From an uncultured Planctomycetales bacterium (GTDB taxonomy: Bacteria > Omnitrophota > Gorgyraeia > Zapsychrales > CAYRXT01): 64,000 nt of DNA. How positions within the stretch are numbered: the stretch's first letter is position 1; every line of letters begins with the position of its first letter. This document shows positions 36,766-46,570 of this stretch, in pieces. A program made the translations under genes and the position numbers. The notes under the pieces were generated by a model that did not search any database, was not told the origin of the DNA, and saw only the letters and a program-made list of their open reading frames with translations. The DNA is taken from positions 562 to 64,561 of the forward strand of contig CAYRXT010000012.1 in the NCBI GenBank assembly GCA_964428315.1. The letters run 5' to 3'.

Positions 36766-37460
36766 TGCCTTTTTTGAGCGGACTGGATTGCATAAGACGA
36801 CGGCAGAGCTCGATATTTTTCCGCGGGCGGACGGCCTGTGGATCCAGAAAGGATGCCCTCTCGAAACAGCGGAGGGCCTTTTCGTAACGGCCTTCTTCCA
36901 TGAATACCACGCCCAGGTCATTAAGGACCGACATGCCGGCAGGATTAAGGGCAAGACTCAGGCGGTACATCTTTTCTGCTTCACGGTTGTTCCGGCGCAT
37001 GCGGAAGTTTTTCCCGATGGCGTAATAGGTCTCCGCCCTCCCCGGGTCCCGGAGCCCGAGAGGAATGAACGAAGCGAGCAGGGACGTGAGGCCGATGAGA
37101 CACAGAGCCAGCCCCACGGTTTTCCAGTTTTTCCGGCGGATGTCAGCGCAGAGGGTGAGCAGGCAGAAGGCGGAGAAGATCATCACGAACGGCATGGCCG
37201 GCATAAGATAGTGCGTTTTCATCTGGAAGAAAAAGATGAACGATTCTCCGAAGAGAAAGGCGTAAGCCAGAAGGAACCGCCGCGGCGTCCGCAGAGACAG
37301 GATCAGGCCTGGCAGGGAAAGGGTGAAGACGAGCGCTGAGGACAAGAGGGCAAAAGGTGTCATGCGGATATAGCGCTCAAAGGCATAAACGTCTTCGGTC
37401 CGCAGGAACTCGCGTCCGGTCACGACGGTCAGGATTTTTCCTCTGCTTAATTTATAAAAC
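36758..37460 (-). pseudogene. C-terminal remnant of a GT-C + TPR membrane protein
   Basis: Only the last few TM segments (HYLMPAMP) and TPRs are present. The frame runs into the end of the PP2C gene with no clear RBS/start; an internal ATG lies at 37363. Confidence 0.6.
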
Positions 37461-38226
37461 GTAAGACAACGGCGGTGACGTTGTCGGCGGCGAAGTTTGC
37501 CAGCCGCCAGTCCACGAGGGTCCGCGCGTCGGCGCCCTGTTCCAGCAGGCGGATGATGTTTTCGGTCTCCCGGGCGGACCCGAAGTGTCCGGGGTCGGAT
37601 AACCCGTCGGTGGCCACGCAAATGAAACTGTTTCCGTTTAAAGGGATCTCGGCTGTTGCGGGAGAACGCGTGAGGATCTCATCGAGATGCCGGTCGCCGA
37701 GGGCCCGGCTCAACTGAAGGCCGTGGCTGCCGCGGATGGTTTGCACGAAGATATAGCTTCCGTCATAAACAGCGCCGCGTGAGACGGCGATCTTCCGTTC
37801 TTCTTCGTTGGTGCGGACGTTGTGGTCAGGGCCGGTATAGATCCGGCCGGAGGCGTCTTTGATGATAATCGGGGAATCGCCCAGCACGGCCGTATAGGCC
37901 TGCCGGCCGTTTCCGGGTACAAAGACCATGCTGAGCGATGATCCGGATCTTTCTTCTTTTGTCAGGTGGTGGAGTTCGGCCGTTGTGCGGATCATGACCT
38001 TGTCCATATCTTCGCCGATGATTGGGGCAAGGCGGTTATCAAAACAGGAAGGCAGGTGTTTTTGGATGAGCTCGGCAGTTTCGTATCCTCCGTGCCCGTC
38101 CATGACAGCCAGCAGCCACCCGCCCTCCGGGGCGCTTGGAGCGGGGGACACATGGTGCACCGCCAATCGGTCTTCCTGGCAGGGGCGTGGCCCCTGTTCG
38201 CTGGCGTGGGTGATCTGAAATACCAT
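37447..38226 (-). CDS. PP2C/PPM family Ser/Thr phosphatase
   Basis: QGPRPCQEDR, VMDGHGG, LGDS, LSRALGD, ATDGL and ADNVT. Confidence 0.92.
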   Translation of the reverse strand: MVFQITHASEQGPRPCQEDRLAVHHVSPAPSAPEGGWLLAVMDGHGGYETAELIQKHLPSCFDNRLAPIIGEDMDKVMIRTTAELHHLTKEERSGSSLSMVFVPGNGRQAYTAVLGDSPIIIKDASGRIYTGPDHNVRTNEEERKIAVSRGAVYDGSYIFVQTIRGSHGLQLSRALGDRHLDEILTRSPATAEIPLNGNSFICVATDGLSDPGHFGSARETENIIRLLEQGADARTLVDWRLANFAADNVTAVVLRFIN

Positions 38227-38381
38227 GGCGTCTCTCCGTGCCCATTGTACTACAAAAGCGGGTATTTGAAAGCCCTATAAAAGCCCTATAATAGAGAAGC
38301 TTTGTGCTGGAGAATTTGCGTTTGCAAAATGCGCACACGGTTTTAGAATAGGGCGTAATGTTGAAAAAGGAGGAGAAGGAT

Positions 38382-38528
38382 ATGGCCGAGGAACGATCAC
38401 AGGATACAGTCGAGCTTCTTCATGCGGTGAAGGCCGTGCACCGTAAGGTACGGTTTATTTATATTTCCAATCTTGTGTTATGGGTGCTGGTCATTCTTAT
38501 CGGGCTGTGCTTTATATTCAAACGCTGA
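38382..38528 (+). CDS. Small single-TM protein (48 aa)
   Basis: Not in the ORF track. Purine-rich RBS; MAEERSQDTVELLHAVKAVHRKVRFIYISNLVLWVLVILIGLCFIFKR. Confidence 0.65.
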   Translation: MAEERSQDTVELLHAVKAVHRKVRFIYISNLVLWVLVILIGLCFIFKR

Positions 38529-38629
38529 GGCAAAACGCTGGGGCCGTATTGCGGATTTCGGAATTCGCGGTATAATAAACACCTGTCTTCCGCCTTATAA
38601 CCGTTAAAAGAAAGACTAAAGGAGCTGTT

Positions 38630-39838
38630 ATGCATGACGCATTGATTGAACAGGCGAAAGAGAAATTCGGGAATCTCGTCCGGGAACAACTTGAACGCGT
38701 TGAACACATGAAGGCCCACCGGGAGAAGACGGATTTTGCCACGCTGAAGCCCCTTTTTATCGGGGTCTGTTTTGGGGACGGGATCGGCGAGTTCATATCC
38801 AAACAGGCCGAACGCCTGCTCGCGCATGTCCTTCAAAAAGAGGTGGCCGCCGGCAAGGTGCAGTTCCGGGATATCAGAGGTCTGACCATCGAAAACCGCG
38901 CCCGGCACAAGAAGGCGATTCCCGACGGCGTTCTGGAGGAGATCAAGGCCTGCCATGTGATTCTCAAGGGGCCGACGACGACGCCCCAGGCGGGAGACGA
39001 ATGGCCGAACATCGAGAGCGCGAATGTGGCCATGCGCCGGCATCTGGACCTGTTCGCCAATGTCCGGCCTGTCAAGATCTCTAAAGAAGGGGTCGACTGG
39101 ACCTTTTTCCGGGAAAACACCGAAGGCGCCTATGTCCTGGGCTCGAGGGGATTCGACGTCTCGGAGGATTTGAGTTTTGATTTTAAGGTCATCACCGAAC
39201 AGGGGGCGGAGCGCATCATCCGGATGGCCTTTGAATACGCCAGGGCGAACGGCAAACAACGTGTCACGGCGGTCACCAAGAGCAACGTGGTCAAGACAAC
39301 AGACGGTCGGTTTTCGCGGGCGGCCAAACGGATCGCCGGTGAATACAAGGACATTGTACTCGATGAGTGGTACATCGACATCATGACGGCCAAGCTGATT
39401 GATCCGGCGCGGCGCCGGGAATTTCAGGTGATGGTCATGCCGAACCTTTACGGGGACATCCTTACCGACGAGGCCGCCCAGCTTCAGGGCGGGGTCGGGA
39501 CCGCCGGCAGCGCCAACATCGGCTGGCGGTGGGCGATGTTCGAGGCCATCCACGGCAGCGCGCCGCGCATGGTCAAAGAAGGCCGCGCCCGCTATGCCGA
39601 CCCCTCCTCCATGATCCGGGCGGCGGCCATGCTTTTGCGCCATATCGGTCATTCCGAGCAGGCCCGGAAAGTGGAGATGGCCCTGGAGGTGTGCGGGCAG
39701 TTCGAAAAAAAGGTGCAGATCACCGGGCGCGATAACGGCGCGGCCGGAGACGAATATACGGACTATCTTATTTCCTGGGTTGACAATCCCGGATTGCAAG
39801 ACCGCTGGAGCGAAGGCGCCGGACAGTCGCAATCATGA
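38630..39838 (+). CDS. Isocitrate/isopropylmalate family dehydrogenase
   Basis: GDGIG, LKGPTTTP, SANVAMRR, RENTEG, PNLYGDILTD and FEAIHGSAP. Confidence 0.92.
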   Translation: MHDALIEQAKEKFGNLVREQLERVEHMKAHREKTDFATLKPLFIGVCFGDGIGEFISKQAERLLAHVLQKEVAAGKVQFRDIRGLTIENRARHKKAIPDGVLEEIKACHVILKGPTTTPQAGDEWPNIESANVAMRRHLDLFANVRPVKISKEGVDWTFFRENTEGAYVLGSRGFDVSEDLSFDFKVITEQGAERIIRMAFEYARANGKQRVTAVTKSNVVKTTDGRFSRAAKRIAGEYKDIVLDEWYIDIMTAKLIDPARRREFQVMVMPNLYGDILTDEAAQLQGGVGTAGSANIGWRWAMFEAIHGSAPRMVKEGRARYADPSSMIRAAAMLLRHIGHSEQARKVEMALEVCGQFEKKVQITGRDNGAAGDEYTDYLISWVDNPGLQDRWSEGAGQSQS

Positions 39839-40026
39839 GCGGACGTTGTCCCGTCGGGTCCGCGGGGACATCCGTCGGGAATTTTGTCCAATTAAAGAAG
39901 AACTTTTGATACGCCCGGCCGTTTCGTGATTTTTCTGCCTGCTTTACATCGAAAACCGTTATGGTAAAATGGAATCAATCAAATCCCTGCCAAAATAATG
40001 TAGTGAATTAAGGAGAATCACGCGCA

Positions 40027-41709
40027 ATGAAAGAGATTGTGTTCGGACTCGCGGGCGGGCTCGGGCTGTTTGTTTTCGGTATGAAGTATCTGTCGGACGG
40101 CATGCAGAAGGTCGCCGGCACGAAGCTCCGCCGCATTTTGAGATCCTTGACGCAGAACCGTTTACGCGGCGCAGCCCTGGGGACGATGGTCACAAGCGTA
40201 ATCCAGAGCAGCAGCGTGACAACCGTCATCCTAGTCGGCTTGATCAATGCCGGAGTTATCAGCCTCATGCAGTCGGCCAGCGTCATTATCGGAGCCAATA
40301 TCGGGACGACCATTACGGCGCAGATCATTGCCTTTAAGATTTCCCAGTACGCCCTGCCCGCCATCGGGGTCGGCGTGGCCATGATGCTGATGTCTCGGAA
40401 GAAAAAGACGCAGTTCTGGGGGCAGGTCATCCTGTCTCTCGGCATGGTCTTTTTGGGCCTGTCGACGATGTCGGGCGTTATGAAACCGATGAAAGATTAT
40501 CCTGCTGTCCTGGATTTCTTTGTTTCTCTCAGCGACAAACCGGTCCTGGCCATACTCCTGGGAGTCGTCTTTACGGTGATGGTCCAGTCCAGCAGCGCGT
40601 CCATCGGGCTGGTCCTGGCACTGGCCAGCGCGGGACTGATCGATTTCCAGGCCTCGCTCTTTCTGATCCTCGGCGACAACATAGGAACGACGGTGACGGC
40701 CTGGCTGGCGAGCATCGGGGGGAGCACTTCGGCCAAACGCATGGCATGTTTTCACAGCATCTTCAATATCGTCGGTGTGGCCTATTTTGCTTTCCTTGTC
40801 TATTCTGGTGTTTATCCCAAATTCATTGATTTGATCACACCGGGCGCGGTGACGAGCGAGACGATCGCGCGGCATATCGCCAACGCGCATACCTGCTTCA
40901 ATGTCTTTAACGGCATGGTGTTTATTTTTGTTATGGGGCCGATCGTGCGTTTTATCGAGCGGATTATTCCCGGCCGAGATATGTATGTCTCGACGGAATT
41001 CAAATATCTCCAGGACAAGCTGTTGTCGAGCCCGGAAATCGCCATCGACAGCGCCAAAAAGGAGCTGGCTGTTATGGGACAGCTGGTTCAGAAGACGGTG
41101 AAGACGGGGGTGGAGGGATTTTTCTCGCGGGATAACAAGTCCATACCGCATGTCCATACCCAGGAAAGCGCGACGGATCATCTCCAGCATGACATAACTT
41201 TCTATCTGGCGAAGCTGGCTACCCAAGAGCTGACGAGCGAGCTGGGCGGACAGCTGCCCGCGTTGCTGCATTCAATCAATGACATGGAACGGATTGGCGA
41301 TCATGCCATGAACATCGCCGAGTTAACCGAACGCGTCTATTCCGACAACCTGGTCTTTTCCAATAAGGCCATGGCGGAGATGCGCACCTTTTACGGCAAG
41401 ATCGAAGACATGTTCGATGACGCGCTGAGGACACTCGAGAAGGGTGACAGAAATGCGGCCGACAGGGTGATGCATTACGAAGGCCAGGTGAACATGATGC
41501 AGCGAGAATTCCTTGACAACCATTCACAGCGCCTCTGTCAGGGTAAATGCGATCCGCACAGCGCGCTGGTCTTTGTCGATTTTGTCAACAACTTGGAGAA
41601 GATCGGGGATCATCTGACCAATGTCGTCCAGGCCTCACGCGGCGGGTTCGCGATGGAGGGTATGGGAGACGAGGACGAGCAATACACGCCGGTAGGCTCT
41701 TCCGGCTGA
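40027..41709 (+). CDS. Na/Pi cotransporter family protein with PhoU domains
   Basis: Two QSSS motifs, GANIGTT and GDNIGTT; C-terminal DMERIGDH and LEKIGDH. Confidence 0.93.
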   Translation: MKEIVFGLAGGLGLFVFGMKYLSDGMQKVAGTKLRRILRSLTQNRLRGAALGTMVTSVIQSSSVTTVILVGLINAGVISLMQSASVIIGANIGTTITAQIIAFKISQYALPAIGVGVAMMLMSRKKKTQFWGQVILSLGMVFLGLSTMSGVMKPMKDYPAVLDFFVSLSDKPVLAILLGVVFTVMVQSSSASIGLVLALASAGLIDFQASLFLILGDNIGTTVTAWLASIGGSTSAKRMACFHSIFNIVGVAYFAFLVYSGVYPKFIDLITPGAVTSETIARHIANAHTCFNVFNGMVFIFVMGPIVRFIERIIPGRDMYVSTEFKYLQDKLLSSPEIAIDSAKKELAVMGQLVQKTVKTGVEGFFSRDNKSIPHVHTQESATDHLQHDITFYLAKLATQELTSELGGQLPALLHSINDMERIGDHAMNIAELTERVYSDNLVFSNKAMAEMRTFYGKIEDMFDDALRTLEKGDRNAADRVMHYEGQVNMMQREFLDNHSQRLCQGKCDPHSALVFVDFVNNLEKIGDHLTNVVQASRGGFAMEGMGDEDEQYTPVGSSG

Positions 41710-41724
41710 GGGGATTAAAGTAAT

Positions 41725-41777
41725 AAACGGCCCCCTTCCCCTCCGCTTAAAGCGGAGGGGTAGGGGGCCGTTTTTTT
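41725..41777. terminator. Bidirectional terminator between convergent genes
   Basis: AAACGGCCCCCT-T-CCCCTCCGCT/AGCGGAGGGG-T-AGGGGGCCGTTT stem followed by a T-run. Confidence 0.85.
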
Positions 41778-41787
41778 AACAGCCAGC

Positions 41788-44133
41788 TTAGTAATGTCTC
41801 CGGGGCCTTCGGGTCAAGAGGGCCGTCAGTGCCAGGAGGCTCAGGAACGAAACAGCTATCCCCCAATAAAACGCGACGGGAACGAACCGGAAACGGATGA
41901 CATGCGTCCCGGACGGGACGAAGACGGCCCGCAGGAGATGATTGGCGGGGAAAACCCGCGTCTCCTTGCCGTCGAGGGCGGCCCGCCAGTCGGGATGGTA
42001 GGTGTCCGCCAAGACGACAAACCCGGAATTCTCCATATCCGCGGCGAGAACGACTTCATTGGGCGAATACTGGACTAAGGTGACTTTCGAGTTGTCTTTG
42101 AGCGGCGCGCGGAGTGTGTCCCGAATGATGGCGGGGACGGGAGGATGCGTGACCACGATGCCTTTGGAAAAATTCCCGAACAATCTTTTCATATGGTTGA
42201 ATGCCGATGTCTTTGATTCGACGAAGACGGCCCGGTGGACAATAAATGCCCGGGGAAAACTGGAGTTGTGGCGGTAGATATTGACTTCCCGCGAGTAAAT
42301 GGGAGTGTCCTGAAGCGGCGGCATTTTTTCCATGATCTCTCTTGCCGAAGGGGAAGGCGAGACGGTGTATTTAAGATTCAGGATGTCCAGAAAGGCATGT
42401 TTGTCCGATGGGCGACTGAGCGGGACAACAAAAAAGGCGCTGCGTTCGGTATCTTTATCGAAATAATCGGGAAAGATAAATTCGTTGACGTATTCGACGA
42501 ATCTTTTCATTAAAAGCCCTTGGTTGATGCTGAGATCATCGATACGGTATCCGGTGGCCGTATTGGGATAGAGCGTCCAGAGGATCCCGTAGACCCGCTC
42601 GCGTTCGGCTAGCGTCTTGAGGCGCTCGATATACGGAACCCGGGGAAATGAATCGTAGCGCTTCACCCGTCCGCCCGGAATATAGAGGAAGATTTCCGCG
42701 AGGAGCAGGAAAACGATGATCCAGGAAGCCGAACCCGCGACTCTTCCGCGAAAAACGACGGCGGCGTTAAAGGCGGCCAGAATGATCAATCCCGTCACGG
42801 TAGCTTTGACCGAAAGCATAAAGTGTCCGGCTCCCCGGTAATGAACAAGTCCCTCAAGGGCGAGGGCGAGGAGGATCGCGCTGAAAACGGCCGCCGCCGG
42901 CCAAAGACGGAATCGTTTCGCCATCCATACGCGTATCCCCATGCCGGCCAGGATAGAGAATGAAAAGGCAAAGAGGTGTGGGGTGTGAAAATAAAAACGC
43001 AGTATCCGCAGGACAGGAAGATGTCCGACCCAGTTGGTCAACGGGAAGTCAAGATAATTCTTGGCGAAGAGAAGAAAAACAGCTGCGGCAAAAAAATAGT
43101 TCAGCCCCTGGCGCTGGCGTCTGACCAGGCTGATGGCTGCCAGCCCCGATGGAAATATCCCGATATACCCCCACCAGTTCGGCCGGGAGAAATCAAGCGT
43201 CACCGGCACGTCCTGGACGAAATGGGGGAAAAAGAATCCCAGGACGGATTCCCGTATAATGGGCTGGCCCTCCACCTCTGCCCCCATAAAGGGCTGATGG
43301 GCGTGCCAGAACGCAACCAGCCAATCCCGCAGAAAAGGGAAAAAGACCGCCGCGCCCAGGCCGATACCCAGGGCGTAAGCGCCTCCCAGACGAAGAACGG
43401 CCTTGGCGCGCCGCGGCCTCGGGCGGACGGTTAACGACCGGAACCAGAAGTAAAGAAAGCCCATGCCGTTGACCAGAAGGACATGCTCGGGATGTCCCGC
43501 ATAAAATGTCATGGCCACGCCTGCGGCGGCCAGCCCCATACGGCGGTTGTCGGGCGAGCGGATAAGCCGTTCAATAAAGAGAAGAAGGAGGGGAGTGAGG
43601 ATCTCCACGTTGGCAAAACCGTACTGGAGAACCACCATCGGACCGCTGAGCATATAACAGACGCCTGCGCCGAAAGAAGGGATGCGGCCGAAACGGAGCC
43701 CCCGCATGAAAAGATAAGTGAAAAGACCGGCCAGGAGGAACCGGCAGAGGATCAGGGCGTCCCACCCGTAGGCCGACGGCAGAAAATAAAGCAGGAAATT
43801 CAGCGGCCAGAAAAAACCCAGGTGCATCATGCTGATGAAAGGATACCCGCAGCCCTGATGGGGATTCCATAACGGAAAGAAGCCTTCCCGGAGGCAACCC
43901 TTGATAAAGGCGTACATCGGCTCTTCCATGAAAGAGGTCGTTGTGCTCTGGACGGGGAAAAAGGCGGGCTTGTTGTCCTCCTGGCCCAAGGGACCTGAAT
44001 AGAGCGCCTGCGGATTGCCGGTTCCGATCTTAAAGGTGTGTCCCGAAAAGACAACGTCCGAGAAACAAAGGGCCAGAACAAAAGCGAAAAGGAGGACTAT
44101 GAGGCTGTATTCTTTGAAAAGGGAACGTTTCAT
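41788..44133 (-). CDS. YfhO-family GT-C membrane glycosyltransferase
   Basis: PLWNPHQGCGYP, AGHPE, PRAFIV and VLADTYHPDWRAALDG..ANHLLRAV. Confidence 0.88.
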   Translation of the reverse strand: MKRSLFKEYSLIVLLFAFVLALCFSDVVFSGHTFKIGTGNPQALYSGPLGQEDNKPAFFPVQSTTTSFMEEPMYAFIKGCLREGFFPLWNPHQGCGYPFISMMHLGFFWPLNFLLYFLPSAYGWDALILCRFLLAGLFTYLFMRGLRFGRIPSFGAGVCYMLSGPMVVLQYGFANVEILTPLLLLFIERLIRSPDNRRMGLAAAGVAMTFYAGHPEHVLLVNGMGFLYFWFRSLTVRPRPRRAKAVLRLGGAYALGIGLGAAVFFPFLRDWLVAFWHAHQPFMGAEVEGQPIIRESVLGFFFPHFVQDVPVTLDFSRPNWWGYIGIFPSGLAAISLVRRQRQGLNYFFAAAVFLLFAKNYLDFPLTNWVGHLPVLRILRFYFHTPHLFAFSFSILAGMGIRVWMAKRFRLWPAAAVFSAILLALALEGLVHYRGAGHFMLSVKATVTGLIILAAFNAAVVFRGRVAGSASWIIVFLLLAEIFLYIPGGRVKRYDSFPRVPYIERLKTLAERERVYGILWTLYPNTATGYRIDDLSINQGLLMKRFVEYVNEFIFPDYFDKDTERSAFFVVPLSRPSDKHAFLDILNLKYTVSPSPSAREIMEKMPPLQDTPIYSREVNIYRHNSSFPRAFIVHRAVFVESKTSAFNHMKRLFGNFSKGIVVTHPPVPAIIRDTLRAPLKDNSKVTLVQYSPNEVVLAADMENSGFVVLADTYHPDWRAALDGKETRVFPANHLLRAVFVPSGTHVIRFRFVPVAFYWGIAVSFLSLLALTALLTRRPRRHY

Positions 44134-44290
44134 AGGATCAAAGTGAAGAGCATGATTTTGAATGACTTTATATTACAAGGCGAAGAGTTGTCTTTCAAGC
44201 CGATTCTTCGGGACGAAAAGAACATATTTTTTATGCAATTTTTCCCGAAATGTTTTACAATGAGCAATAGGTCATATCGCTTACGGCTCA

Positions 44291-45532
44291 ATGGGATGTT
44301 GCGGCGTAACACTTGACGCCCTCCCGCTGAGATTTTCGGGCAATCCCAAAAAACATTCTGTCGTGAACCAAAAAGACGCAAGACCCGCAAATTACAATTA
44401 TCTGAAAATCCTGAAAGACTTTCTGGGCGGCAGTCTGGATAGGGTCTTCAACGGTGAGATCGTCTATCCCCGTCAGCTCGAGATCCATCTGCCCTCTAAC
44501 AAGAAGGTCGCCTGCGATTTCCACTGTTACTGGTGCCAGGGCGGCAAACTCGACCAGACCCTGGCGATGGATGAAGAGAAGGCCCTGCGGTTGGTCGATG
44601 AGATCGGTCCGGGGAAATGCGAGTATTACATTTACGGGGGTGCCTATACCGAGCCGCTGTTGAATCCGTACATGATGGATTTCCTGCGTGTCACCAAAAA
44701 GCATAAGGTGCTTTTCGGCATCCATACCAACGGCTCTCAGCTTAAACCCCTGGAGGAAAAGAGCGGTTTTCTCAGCGAGGCCTTTGCGATGATGGAGCAT
44801 AAGGACTATATCTCTGTGAGCCTGGACGCCGGCCGGCCCGAGAGCCACATGAAGACCAAAAATCTCAAACACAACGTCTTTGACCAGATCATTGAGGGCA
44901 TCCGTATGATGACCGAACGCCGTGACCGCAATCCCGAGCGGCCGGCGGTGCGCGTATGTTATTTGCTGAACAAGTTCAATTCATCAGCAGGGGAGCTGGA
45001 GGGCATGGTGCGGCTCGCCCGTGAACTGCGGGTGGACTCCCTGCGGTTCTCCATCCCCTACGACCATTACGGGAAGAATTTCGGGAAGGTCCGTGACTAC
45101 AAAAAAAACGTGGAGATCCCGCAGAACGAAATCTACGAAGAACGTCTGCGGCCCATTGTCTCCCGGAGCCCTTCGGAACGTCCGTATGTTTTTTATTTCC
45201 CCCCGGAGAACCAGGACGTCGACCGGATGAATTTCAGGCAGTGCGTGTACACGTATTACCAGATCACCCTGGCCGCCGACGGCAATGTCTACCGGTGTTC
45301 CAGCATCGCGTCACCGACTTTTTCTCACGGCATCGTCGGCCCTATCCCGGATTCCAAACGTGAATTCGAGGAAATGATCATACGCGCCCAGGATGCCCGG
45401 TTCGACTGTAATACATGCTGGAAGGCCGGCGCCCGCTGCAACCGTATGGCCCTGGAGATCAACAGCGCCTTCAATGCCGGGAGGGAGGAGCAGGAACCCG
45501 AACCCCTATCGCAAGATCCCGCTTATCGATGA
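44291..45532 (+). CDS. Radical SAM enzyme with C-terminal Twitch/SPASM-like cysteines
   Basis: CDFHCYWC, GGAYTEPLLNP, HTNG, SVSLDAG; C-terminal CVYTYYQITLAADGNVYRC..CNTC..C. Start uncertain (GTG 44363 is possible). Confidence 0.9.
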   Translation: MGCCGVTLDALPLRFSGNPKKHSVVNQKDARPANYNYLKILKDFLGGSLDRVFNGEIVYPRQLEIHLPSNKKVACDFHCYWCQGGKLDQTLAMDEEKALRLVDEIGPGKCEYYIYGGAYTEPLLNPYMMDFLRVTKKHKVLFGIHTNGSQLKPLEEKSGFLSEAFAMMEHKDYISVSLDAGRPESHMKTKNLKHNVFDQIIEGIRMMTERRDRNPERPAVRVCYLLNKFNSSAGELEGMVRLARELRVDSLRFSIPYDHYGKNFGKVRDYKKNVEIPQNEIYEERLRPIVSRSPSERPYVFYFPPENQDVDRMNFRQCVYTYYQITLAADGNVYRCSSIASPTFSHGIVGPIPDSKREFEEMIIRAQDARFDCNTCWKAGARCNRMALEINSAFNAGREEQEPEPLSQDPAYR

Positions 45533-46503
45533 CAAAACATCGCGTCGCCCTGATCGGGTACGGTTATTGGGGAAAAAAACTCTTCGGTTATCTTAAAGAA
45601 AACCAGGCGTCCCGCCCCGTCTTCGTGCATTTCCGGTCTCTCAAAAAAATGCCGCCGCGACAGATCGCCGCCGAGTACGGCCCGGAGTTCATCCCTTCAT
45701 GCGGACAGATCTGGGAAGACACGGCGGTCGACAGCGTCATTCTCGCCACCCCCATCGATTCTCATTACCGTTTGGTCAAGGAGGCCTTGTCCCGCGGCAA
45801 GCACGTGCTTTGCGAAAAACCTCTCGCCTTAAGGCGGACCGAGGCTGAGGAACTGCGGTCCCTGGCCCGCCGGAAAGGTCTCGTCCTTATGACGGATTAC
45901 ACGTACACCTTTTCCCGGGCCGTGCACAAGGCATTGGCGGTTATCCGGGATAACGGCATTGGCACGATGGAAAAAATCGCCGTACGCCTGCTTCAGCCGG
46001 GACGGTTTACGGGATTCGACGTCTTCGCCCTGCTTGGTGTCCACGCCCTTTCGGTCATAGGCATGACTGTGGACCTGGACGCGTGTGTTTTTAAAGACGT
46101 TAAACCATCCAGGTATCAGGACGGACTGGTTTCGGAGGCGGCGGTGCATTTCGAGAAAGACCATAAGCGAAGCCGAAGCCGGGTGTCCGGCGAGATCCGG
46201 CTCAGCCTCCATCATCCGCAGAAAGAAAAAACGTTTATCTTTACCGGATCTGAAGGAGAGATCCGGTATTCTCCTCTGCAAAAAAATCCATTGATGTTCC
46301 GACGGACAGCAGGGGTTGGCCGGTCTCCGGAAACCGGTGCCGCCGAAAACTCTGCATTTGACGAAGGACACAATCTCCGTTTCGCACTGGAAGAATTCTT
46401 CGCGGCGGTCAATGGGGAAAGGGCCGACAACCTGGATTTTTCAGTCGCCGTGACTGGCGCAATGGAGCGCATAGTCAAAAAGGCTTCACGTGGCAAGTGT
46501 TAG
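45529..46503 (+). CDS. Gfo/Idh/MocA oxidoreductase
   Basis: ALIGYGYWG, ILATPIDSH and GKHVLCEKP; ATGA overlap with the radical SAM gene. Confidence 0.88.
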   Translation: MTKHRVALIGYGYWGKKLFGYLKENQASRPVFVHFRSLKKMPPRQIAAEYGPEFIPSCGQIWEDTAVDSVILATPIDSHYRLVKEALSRGKHVLCEKPLALRRTEAEELRSLARRKGLVLMTDYTYTFSRAVHKALAVIRDNGIGTMEKIAVRLLQPGRFTGFDVFALLGVHALSVIGMTVDLDACVFKDVKPSRYQDGLVSEAAVHFEKDHKRSRSRVSGEIRLSLHHPQKEKTFIFTGSEGEIRYSPLQKNPLMFRRTAGVGRSPETGAAENSAFDEGHNLRFALEEFFAAVNGERADNLDFSVAVTGAMERIVKKASRGKC

Positions 46504-46570
46504 GTACATGCTTAAGCGGCAGGCCTTATGGAACCATGTCTCTTGAAATCGGACGCCTTCTGGTTATATT

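Noticed and set aside
44291-45532. RiPP maturase (SPASM) system
   Set aside because: No precursor peptide or RRE/PqqD domain; the neighbours are all sugar-related enzymes.
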